Shown: in pieces, positions 56,518 to 64,000 of the stretch
Numbering within the stretch: position 1 is the first letter of the stretch
How the letters are laid out: every line of letters starts with the position of its first letter
DNA from: an uncultured Bacteroidota bacterium
GTDB taxonomy: Bacteria; Bacteroidota; Ignavibacteria; UBA10030; UBA6906
Assembly (NCBI GenBank): GCA_963700635.1
Contig: CAVOYH010000003.1
Coordinates: forward strand, 768,001-832,000
Direction: 5' to 3'
DNA length: 64,000 bases
The notes under the pieces: generated by a model
The model's database searches: none
Seen by the model: the letters and a program-made list of their open reading frames with translations, nothing else
What the model was told of the DNA's origin: nothing
Position numbers and translations under genes: made by a program

Positions 56518-58383
56518 ATGCGACCAGTGCTCGTCTATTGTTGCCTTCTTTTGCTGCTTTCTGCCGCCGCAGCCACACGTTCTCAAACGCCAGATACACA
56601 AGCAAAGTTTCGTCTGGCGCAGGGACTGGAGCAGGCTGGTGAACTGGAGCGCGCAGCGGAGATTTACCGTGAACTCCTGAACGGTGACCCACAAAACTAC
56701 GTGGTTTTCGATGGCCTGCACCGCACGCTGATGTCGCTCAAGCAGTATGACGCTGCGATCGCGATCATTAAATCGCGAATGACTTCTTTTCCCGCCGACA
56801 TTCCCCTCCATGCCATGCTCGGAACAGCCTTCTATCGCGCGGGGAGGGAACCGGAAGCGATGGACATCTGGAACAGAACACTCACCCTCAACTCTGCCAA
56901 CGGGCAGGCCTATCGTGTTGTTGCAGCAGTGCTTATCGAAAACCGGCTGCTTGACCGGGCCGCGGAGGTCTATCGAAGGGGGCGCAGAGCATCCGATGAT
57001 CCTGCCTTGTTCAGTATTGAGCTGGCACAACTTCTTTCCGCATCCATGGACTACGCCGGAGCGACTGCGGAATACCTCCGCTGGCTTTCGCAAAATCCTG
57101 CCCAAATCGGGTTTGTGCAGAACCGCATGGCAACCTACAGCTGGAAGGAAGATGGAAGGGCCGCAGCAATTGCCACTGTTCGCGAAACGCTCAGCACCAA
57201 GCCCGACGACCTCCGATTGCACGAACTTCTGGGATGGCTCTACCTCGAAGGGAAGGATTTTTCCCAGGCATCCGGGGTGTACCGCACCATTGATAAACTC
57301 ACCCGTGCAAACGGAGTTGCCATACTCGGTTTTGCGGATCGTGTCTTCCGTGAGCGGGCATTTGATGTCGCCGCCTCTGCGTACCGGGAAGCGTTGCTCT
57401 ACCCGCTCCCCGCTCAACAACTGGTTCAGGCGCGATACGGTGCGGCGTGCGCAGCCAAAGAGCTGCAGATCAGCATGGACAGCAGCCAGGGTTTTACGGT
57501 GCCGGGGATACGCCCGTCTTCAGAATCACGCACCCGGTATGCCGGCGCAATGGCAGCCTTCAGTGCGATCGTAGAAGAATATCCGAATACCGAGTACTCG
57601 GCAAAATCGCTCTACCAGATCGGGATGATTCAACTCCATCAGTACTACGACCTGGATCAGGCAATGCGCAGCCTCAACAGGGTTCTTGCCGAGCCGGCCG
57701 CACCCCCCTCATTACGGACGGATATCCGGCTCCGGTTGGGTGAAATACTCATAGCCCGCGCCGATACGGTGGGCGCAGCCGGGGAGTTCAACGCCGTCGT
57801 TGCCCTTCCATCCGCGACGCCGGATCAGCATGATGAGGCGCGATTACGACTGGCGGAACTTGCGCTCTTTAACGGACGCAGTTCGGATGCCATCACGATT
57901 CTTGATTCGATCTCCGTGAACAGTCAGCATGATTTTGCCAATGACGCGCTGGATCTCCAGGTCTTGCTTGAAGAAAATGCCACAGCCGCACCGGCTGCTC
58001 TTGCCATCTACGGCCGGGCAGAGTTCCTCGCACGCCAGCGCAAGAATACGGAGGCCATCGGACTTCTGCTTGATCTTATCACGAGGTTTCCTCTGGCCCC
58101 GATTGCCGAAGACGCGCTTCTTCGTGTTGGTGCGCTGTATGCGGAGGCGGGCATGTTTGCGGAGGCAGTCTCTGCATATGACAGATTGCTTACCGAGATG
58201 CGTGAGAATGTGCGGCTGCCCGACCGCGCCCTCTTCCGAAAGGCGGAACTTCTCCAATTCGGACTGCACCGATCCACCGAGGCACTTGTAACCTACGAGC
58301 GCCTCCTCGTGGAGTTTCCGACATCTGTGCTGGCAAACGAAGCCCGGCAACGAATACGGCGGCTGAGAGGCGACACGTTATGA
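56518..58383 (+). CDS. Exported tetratricopeptide-repeat protein
   Basis: True start probably ATG 56518 (signal peptide); many TPR-like helical repeats incl. YPNTEYSAKSLYQIG, FPLAPIAEDAL. Confidence 0.85.
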   Translation: MRPVLVYCCLLLLLSAAAATRSQTPDTQAKFRLAQGLEQAGELERAAEIYRELLNGDPQNYVVFDGLHRTLMSLKQYDAAIAIIKSRMTSFPADIPLHAMLGTAFYRAGREPEAMDIWNRTLTLNSANGQAYRVVAAVLIENRLLDRAAEVYRRGRRASDDPALFSIELAQLLSASMDYAGATAEYLRWLSQNPAQIGFVQNRMATYSWKEDGRAAAIATVRETLSTKPDDLRLHELLGWLYLEGKDFSQASGVYRTIDKLTRANGVAILGFADRVFRERAFDVAASAYREALLYPLPAQQLVQARYGAACAAKELQISMDSSQGFTVPGIRPSSESRTRYAGAMAAFSAIVEEYPNTEYSAKSLYQIGMIQLHQYYDLDQAMRSLNRVLAEPAAPPSLRTDIRLRLGEILIARADTVGAAGEFNAVVALPSATPDQHDEARLRLAELALFNGRSSDAITILDSISVNSQHDFANDALDLQVLLEENATAAPAALAIYGRAEFLARQRKNTEAIGLLLDLITRFPLAPIAEDALLRVGALYAEAGMFAEAVSAYDRLLTEMRENVRLPDRALFRKAELLQFGLHRSTEALVTYERLLVEFPTSVLANEARQRIRRLRGDTL

Positions 58384-59675
58384 GGATTTCTGTGCGGAAA
58401 ACCCGGATATGGGGCGTGTGGATTCTGGGTGTTACACTCCTTGTCCATACAGTCGGTTTCGGGCAGAGTAAGCTGCTCGTCCCCATGGACTTCCGGCAAA
58501 CGGATCACTTGAAGGCTTATGGGATGGCGTACTGGGCTCTTACCAAGAACATTGAAGTGGACTGGTTGCTGAACTATCGGGGTGGATCGTTTTTAGTCGA
58601 TGCGAATCCCCTGCTTTTAACCGAATGCCGGATCCGGGGTGTGGGCTTCGTCGAGCTCGCGGGTGCCCAGGCTGCACAACTTTATGCCGAGGTGCAGCAG
58701 GAGGACAACAACATGGATGTCGTCCGCCTCGAAAAAGCACCCACCATTGCGGTGTATGTTCCACCCGGGTTCCATCCGTGGGATGATGCCGTGACACTTG
58801 CGCTTGAGTATGCAGAAATAGCCTATGACAAACTGTGGGACACGGAGGTTCTGGAGGGGAAACTGTACGATTATGACTGGCTGCATTTGCATCACGAAGA
58901 CTTTACCGGCCAATACGGCAAGTTCTATGCTTCGTTTGCTGGTGCAAGCTGGTACATAGAACAACAGGTGATGCACGAAAAAGAGGCCCAGCGGCTTGGT
59001 TTTAAGAAAGTTTCCGAACTCAAAAAAGCAGTCGCCCGGGGAATCCGGGACTATGTCGGCAACGGCGGGTTTCTTTTTGCCATGTGTTCGGCAACGGATT
59101 CGTATGATATTGCCCTGGCGGCGGAACAGACTGACATCTGTGATGTGATGTATGATGGTGATCCTCCCGATCGTGACGCGCAGGCACGTCTGGATTTTTC
59201 CAAAACGTTCGCGTTCACCGACTTCCTTCTGGAACGGAATTCACTCCGGTATGAATATTCCGACATTGATCAACCACCAAGCGATCTTCTTGCCGTGCAG
59301 AATCCTGAAACGGATTATTTTACCCTTTTTGAATTCTCGGCAAAGTTTGATCCCGTTCCGACCATGCTCACCCAGAACCACATTAATGTGATCAAAGGTT
59401 TCCTGGGACAGACCACAAGCTTCAAAAAGTCACTGATCAAAAAATCCGTCGTCATCCTTGCCGAACGGGACGGTATGGATCAGGTGCGTTATCTGCACGG
59501 CAATTACGGGCGCGGGACGTTTACCTTTTACAGCGGACATGATCCTGAAGATTATCAACATGCGGTGGGCGACCCGCCCACGGATCTTGCGCTACACAAG
59601 AACTCTCCGGGATACCGGTTGATCCTCAATAACATCCTATTTCCCGCGGCAAAAAAGAAACAACAAAAAACCTGA
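58380..59675 (+). CDS. Conserved exported protein with class I glutamine-amidotransferase-like segment (family often labelled 'asparagine synthetase B' in Bacteroidota)
   Basis: QTDHLKAYG, WLLNYRGGSF, WDDAV, WLHLHHEDFTGQYGKF, GGFLFAMCSATD, GHDPEDY, PGYRLILNN; ATGA overlap with TPR gene. Confidence 0.75.
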   Translation: MRISVRKTRIWGVWILGVTLLVHTVGFGQSKLLVPMDFRQTDHLKAYGMAYWALTKNIEVDWLLNYRGGSFLVDANPLLLTECRIRGVGFVELAGAQAAQLYAEVQQEDNNMDVVRLEKAPTIAVYVPPGFHPWDDAVTLALEYAEIAYDKLWDTEVLEGKLYDYDWLHLHHEDFTGQYGKFYASFAGASWYIEQQVMHEKEAQRLGFKKVSELKKAVARGIRDYVGNGGFLFAMCSATDSYDIALAAEQTDICDVMYDGDPPDRDAQARLDFSKTFAFTDFLLERNSLRYEYSDIDQPPSDLLAVQNPETDYFTLFEFSAKFDPVPTMLTQNHINVIKGFLGQTTSFKKSLIKKSVVILAERDGMDQVRYLHGNYGRGTFTFYSGHDPEDYQHAVGDPPTDLALHKNSPGYRLILNNILFPAAKKKQQKT

Positions 59676-59700
59676 TCCATTCACGACTCAAGGAGTTACC

Positions 59701-60312
59701 ATGAAGAAAGTGCTGGTGTGTGCTGTGCTGGTTCTTGGTGCAAGCACCGTGTGGGCCCAGATGCCATCGGTTGGTTTTGGCGTCCATGGAAATTTCGGCA
59801 GCATTAATGTGGCCGAACCGATGAAAAGTGTGTATGGCGCCGGCCTGGGGGGCGGAGCACATCTCGACATCTCCTTTGCAATGCTGTCCATCCGCGTGTC
59901 CGGCGACTATATTTCGTTTGCTCCGGACAATGACAAGTACCGCCAGGTGCTCGTGGGACTCACCGGAACCGCGGCGCAGGGATTCGCTATTGACGGTGGA
60001 CGCATCGGTATCTTTTCAGGCAACGTCAACCTGAAGTCGACATTTCTCCCGCTTCCGGTTCTTACTCCCTATATCACCGGTGGCATCGGGCTTGCAAACA
60101 TCAGCGTGGACGAGGCGAAGATCACATTAAACGGGACGCCGCAGGGAAGTATTCCCGGAGTGAAGGGCGAAACAAAGACCGCCCTGAATCTCGGCGCCGG
60201 CGTGGATCTGAAAATCGGAGTCACTCTTTTTATCGAAGGCAAGTATACCTGGATCTTCACAGAAGGAGAAACCAGCACCTATATTCCTATCTCGATTGGG
60301 GTGACGTTCTAG
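59701..60312 (+). CDS. Small outer-membrane beta-barrel protein
   Basis: Signal peptide, PYITGGIG, LNLGAGVD, C-terminal IGVTF; RBS AAGGAG. Confidence 0.85.
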   Translation: MKKVLVCAVLVLGASTVWAQMPSVGFGVHGNFGSINVAEPMKSVYGAGLGGGAHLDISFAMLSIRVSGDYISFAPDNDKYRQVLVGLTGTAAQGFAIDGGRIGIFSGNVNLKSTFLPLPVLTPYITGGIGLANISVDEAKITLNGTPQGSIPGVKGETKTALNLGAGVDLKIGVTLFIEGKYTWIFTEGETSTYIPISIGVTF

Positions 60313-60367
60313 ATACCCAGGGGGGTGATCGTTTGGAAAATCGGCAGGGAATCATCTCGACTCTTCT

Positions 60368-61783
60368 TCAGCGAGACTTCTTTTCTTCTTCCCCCAAGCG
60401 AATCACCCCCTGTTCTTCAATTGCTGACAGCCGTCTTCCTCCCTGTGGCAGCATAAGCCGGCGAACTCTTTCCACCATGCGTGTTTCGTGACTTGAAGGG
60501 ATGATGCCGATGAGATCCCGGCTCTGACGCCCGAGCAGTGTATCTCCCCCGAGTCTGGCGTAAAGCCACAGAAGCGGCAGGACACTATTGAGGAGGATGG
60601 TGTCAATCCTTCCTCTGCCCAGAGAGGCGCCCACGGGGGACGTTTCACCGGTAAAGTGCAGATGATGCCGCCAGTAGCCGTCCGGTTTTGACCGGAACAA
60701 CCCCCGTAACAACTTCAATCCCTTTCTGGATGAGCCTTTCGTCTCAATGACGATGCACCGAATCCTGTCGAATCCTCCCGGCAGAATCAAGTCAGGAAGC
60801 AGTGACGCGATCACTGCCAGCCGGGCCGTGGGGAAATTGGCCGGTCGGAGCCGGAAAAAGAGCCAGTCTGTCTCGTGAAGCATCGGGACCCGGATCTCCG
60901 GGCGGATTCTGTTCCACTTTCTCCGGAGCCTCCGTACATACCTTCTGCTTTCCCGCTTCCTGAGCGTGTCTGGTGCCGGGAGCAGTCCGGCAGCGCCGAA
61001 CAGGATCGCCATCACAGACTCGGTATCCTTCAACCCCAGCGTACGAAGCGTGACCAGCGGGACATTTCGTGCGAGCGCAAGAAATGCGTCGCTGTTCCTG
61101 GAATACCCGCATGCTTCCATTATGCTCTCGTAAAGAACCTGCTCCCAGACCCACGGCACAGTGAATTCCGATGGGTGCCGGGCGTGATGTGGCACGGGGA
61201 CGTCATCGGGGTTTCCGTCATACAGACGTGATGGTTCGGAGAGTATCCTGTGTTCCTCCTCGAGCAATTGAAGCACTCTGTGTTCCAGGCGTCGAACTCT
61301 CTTCAGGATTCGAATCCATCCTTTTCGCCGCAGAAGTATGCGGGGTGTTTGGGAGTTGTTCAGGCGGGAGGCGATCGAAGAGAACAGCGTCTGTGCCGGA
61401 TCACCTGGTTCCGGGACAGAGGGGGCGGGGTCAAGCTGATCAAGGACAAGAAGGGGAAGCGCGCGACGGGAAGCCGTGCGGACCACAACAGCGCTATCCG
61501 GACAGCGGGCTACAACATGCAGCACGACACGGTTGTAGTGAGGATCGGAATCATGTCCGTGCGTGTACCATTCTTCCGGCGACCGGTGTAGTTCGACATC
61601 TCCACGGAATGAGCGGGTGCCGATGCGGACGAGCGCATTAAGAAAATCCGGACCGCCGTCGTTATTGGGTGTTCCGCGGTGTACGACGGAAACCGGAAGG
61701 CCGTCGGTGGTTGTGAGAGGTGTGGTACTGGTGATGCGGGTTTCCCAGATTCGGCGAAGAACCGCTTCCGGAACACACTTCAT
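60368..61783 (-). CDS. DUF2851 family protein
   Basis: GGPDF, GDVELH, WYTHGHDSDPHYNRVVLHVV, LFGAAGLL, RLRPANFPTARL. Confidence 0.85.
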   Translation of the reverse strand: MKCVPEAVLRRIWETRITSTTPLTTTDGLPVSVVHRGTPNNDGGPDFLNALVRIGTRSFRGDVELHRSPEEWYTHGHDSDPHYNRVVLHVVARCPDSAVVVRTASRRALPLLVLDQLDPAPSVPEPGDPAQTLFSSIASRLNNSQTPRILLRRKGWIRILKRVRRLEHRVLQLLEEEHRILSEPSRLYDGNPDDVPVPHHARHPSEFTVPWVWEQVLYESIMEACGYSRNSDAFLALARNVPLVTLRTLGLKDTESVMAILFGAAGLLPAPDTLRKRESRRYVRRLRRKWNRIRPEIRVPMLHETDWLFFRLRPANFPTARLAVIASLLPDLILPGGFDRIRCIVIETKGSSRKGLKLLRGLFRSKPDGYWRHHLHFTGETSPVGASLGRGRIDTILLNSVLPLLWLYARLGGDTLLGRQSRDLIGIIPSSHETRMVERVRRLMLPQGGRRLSAIEEQGVIRLGEEEKKSR

Positions 61784-62605
61784 CTACCCAAAATACTCCT
61801 CCCGATATCTGTTGATGTGATCGCGGAGCGAGAGGGCCGCAGAACGTGCGGCCTCCGCGAAATCCTCCTCCGCCGATGCATAGACAACGCTCCGCGCAGC
61901 GGTCAGGAGCGCAAGAGACCCGGAGGGATCGCAGCCATAGCGGACGGATTTCTCCAGATCGCCTCCCTGTGCGCCGATACCCGGTATCAACAGAGGCAGG
62001 GTGGGAGCGAGGGCCCGGATGGCACGCAGCTGGGCCGGCCGTGTCGCCCCGACAACGAGGCCGAAGTTCCCCAGCGTGTTCCATGTCTTGACGCGGCGGA
62101 CCACATGCTCGTACAATGGTTTGCCGCGCACCTTCAGATACTGAAAATCTTTTGCTCCCGGGTTCGACGTGAGTGCGAGGACAAACACCCCGCGTTCGGC
62201 ATTCCGGGAAAATGGCTGCACGGAATCCCGCCCCATATAGGGATGAACCGTCGCAGCATCACACTGAAGATCCTCAAAGAGTGAACGTGCATACATTTCC
62301 GATGAGTTGCCGATGTCGCCGCGCTTGCCATCGGCAATCGTGATCACATGGTCAGGGATAAGGGCAAGGGTCTCGCGGAGGATCTGCAACCCCCGATCGC
62401 CCATTGCCTCATAAAACGCGAGATTGAGTTTGTAGGCGCACACCAGATCGCTGGTTGTCTCGACGATACGGCGGTTAAATTCCGCCACCGGATTTTCCGA
62501 GTGCTGCAATCGTGCTGGAATCTTGCGGGGATCGGGATCAAGACCGATGCAGAGGAGGGAATGCTGACGATCCTGGCTGGTTCGTAACCGTTGTGTAAAG
62601 TTCAT
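61784..62605 (-). CDS. pyrF: Orotidine 5'-phosphate decarboxylase (subfamily 2)
   Basis: LCIGLDP, YKLNLAFYE, ADGKRGDIGNS, TSNPG, LIPGIGAQGG. Confidence 0.96.
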   Translation of the reverse strand: MNFTQRLRTSQDRQHSLLCIGLDPDPRKIPARLQHSENPVAEFNRRIVETTSDLVCAYKLNLAFYEAMGDRGLQILRETLALIPDHVITIADGKRGDIGNSSEMYARSLFEDLQCDAATVHPYMGRDSVQPFSRNAERGVFVLALTSNPGAKDFQYLKVRGKPLYEHVVRRVKTWNTLGNFGLVVGATRPAQLRAIRALAPTLPLLIPGIGAQGGDLEKSVRYGCDPSGSLALLTAARSVVYASAEEDFAEAARSAALSLRDHINRYREEYFG

Positions 62606-62667
62606 GAATGTTCCCCGGTGCCGCTATAGTATATACGTGTGGAATGGGACTATTACGACGACCGCCC

Positions 62668-63540
62668 CTACGTGCCCGGTGTAATAACTCCATCGCCGTG
62701 TATGAATTTGGTTTTCGCCTCTTCGGTCAGCACCTCATTCATCGAGCCCGTGCGATATCCCTGCAGATCCAGGGTAACATAGGTGAATCCGAGGCCTTTC
62801 AGATGCCTGACGAATTCCTGACGTAAAGGTTCGGTGACGAGGCGTGGAAGTTCCAGCGGCCCGACTTCGATGCGTGCGGTGCTGGTGTCATGGAATCGCA
62901 CCCGAAAGAACCTGAAGCCACGCTCCCTGAGAAACGTTTCGGCAGCATCCACGCGAACAAGGTCTTCCCGCGTTATGCCGACGCCATATGGAAAGCGGGA
63001 TGAGAGGCAGGCGAACGCCGGTTTGTCCCACGTCGGCAGCTCCAGGTGTCGGGATATCTCCCGGACTTCAGCCTTGCTCAGTTCTGCTTCGAGGAGGGGG
63101 GATCGAACATGCTGTTCGCTCCGGGCTCGCATGCCCGGCCGGAAGTCGCCAAGATCGTCGGTGATTGTCCCGTCGGCAATCCAGGGTATCTTCTCCCTTT
63201 GTGCGACGACCAGCAGTTTTGAAAACAGCTCGGTCTTACAATAGTAACACCGGTCCGGGGGATTTTCCTTGAACTTGAGCGTGTCAGTTTCTTCCGTGCG
63301 GACCACCTCATACTGAGCGCCGATCTGTTCTGCCAGCGCGACGGCCTCTTCAAATTCTTTTGTCGGGTACGTTTCGGACTGTCCGATAACGGCAAGGGCC
63401 CTGGAACCGAGCACCTGTGACGCAACTTTGAGAAGGAGGGTGCTATCCACACCGCCGGAGTACCCGATCACAACACTTTCCATCTCGCCGAGGATTGTCC
63501 TGAGTCGATCATATTTTTCTGCAACCACCGCATCCAGCAT
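62668..63540 (-). CDS. larE: LarE-family ATP-dependent sulfur transferase (PP-loop)
   Basis: YSGGVDSTLL, RCYYCK, DFRPG, SPLLE, WDKPAFACLSSRFPYG, DLQGYRTGSMN; ATG 63540 with RBS AGGAG. Confidence 0.9.
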   Translation of the reverse strand: MLDAVVAEKYDRLRTILGEMESVVIGYSGGVDSTLLLKVASQVLGSRALAVIGQSETYPTKEFEEAVALAEQIGAQYEVVRTEETDTLKFKENPPDRCYYCKTELFSKLLVVAQREKIPWIADGTITDDLGDFRPGMRARSEQHVRSPLLEAELSKAEVREISRHLELPTWDKPAFACLSSRFPYGVGITREDLVRVDAAETFLRERGFRFFRVRFHDTSTARIEVGPLELPRLVTEPLRQEFVRHLKGLGFTYVTLDLQGYRTGSMNEVLTEEAKTKFIHGDGVITPGT

Positions 63541-63561
63541 CGTCGTCTCCTGCGTGTGAAC

Positions 63562-63596
63562 AAAAAAAACCTCGCCCTGCATGTGCAGAACAAGGT
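63562..63596 (-). terminator. Rho-independent terminator between the TPR gene and larE
   Basis: Minus strand ACCTTGTTCTGCA-CA-TGCAGGGCGAGGT stem followed by a T-run. Confidence 0.65.
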
Positions 63597-63620
63597 CATC
63601 ATCCGCGCAACGCTCCTGCA

Positions 63621-64000
63621 CTACTTGCGTAAGAGGTTTTTGAATTCTTTAATCGACTTCACCCCCGGGAATTCCCGTTCAAAGTCCTTACGCTTCTGGG
63701 GATTCAACGTAAAGGAATTCTTGAGGGATTCCACAGCGTCGTACGTTCGGTTCAGCATCAGGAGGACTCTTGCCCGCAGGTAATAGGAATCCGCAGAATG
63801 AGGGTTCGCCTCCACAGATCGATCGAATGCTTTGAGGGCCTGCCTGAAGTATCCGAGCTCGAACAACGTCTCGCCATAGTCCAGCCACGCCTCGGAGTTT
63901 TCCGGTTCCAGACGGGTGACCATTCTGTAGCTGACCAGGGATTCGCGCACTTTTCCCATATTATAAAGCAGGTCAGCCTTCGCGTACCAGAGCTCGGGAT
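63621..64000 (-). CDS. TPR-repeat protein, C-terminal part (5' end outside window)
   Basis: LEPENSEAWLDYG, ANPHSADSYY, LNP TPR repeats; frame open to window edge. Confidence 0.85.
   Translation of the reverse strand, partial: PELWYAKADLLYNMGKVRESLVSYRMVTRLEPENSEAWLDYGETLFELGYFRQALKAFDRSVEANPHSADSYYLRARVLLMLNRTYDAVESLKNSFTLNPQKRKDFEREFPGVKSIKEFKNLLRK

Overview
Origin-of-replication region of a GC-rich bacterium of the Bacteroidota/Chlorobi/Ignavibacteria supergroup. An Ignavibacteria-like lineage is inferred from the PorV, DUF2851 and DUF4159/DUF4175-type genes together with canonical TTGACA/TATAAT-like promoters and Shine-Dalgarno sites. Order: recF-dnaN-[oriC]-dnaA divergent from rpmH-rnpA-yidD-yidC-mnmE-mnmG-rsmG-murQ-mfd; the dcw cluster (mraZ to ftsZ) with one extra unknown membrane gene; DUF4159/DUF4175/M14 peptidase; ECF sigma/anti-sigma; lon; dnaX; accessory envelope loci; rseP-dxr; TPR/GATase-like/OMP genes; DUF2851, pyrF, larE. 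Most notable: (1) a three-gene MauE/DoxX + secreted 4-Cys peptide + beta-propeller cassette preceded by a ~280-nt leader whose ends could pair over the first RBS; (2) a four-gene secreted protein/FecR/outer-membrane barrel/CHASE2 adenylate cyclase operon; (3) an A9G slippery site in dnaX; (4) two perfect parS palindromes that encode the N-termini (MFHVKH) of MnmG and RsmG. No tRNA, rRNA, CRISPR array or transposase was seen. All family calls are from motif recognition by eye; no searches were run.
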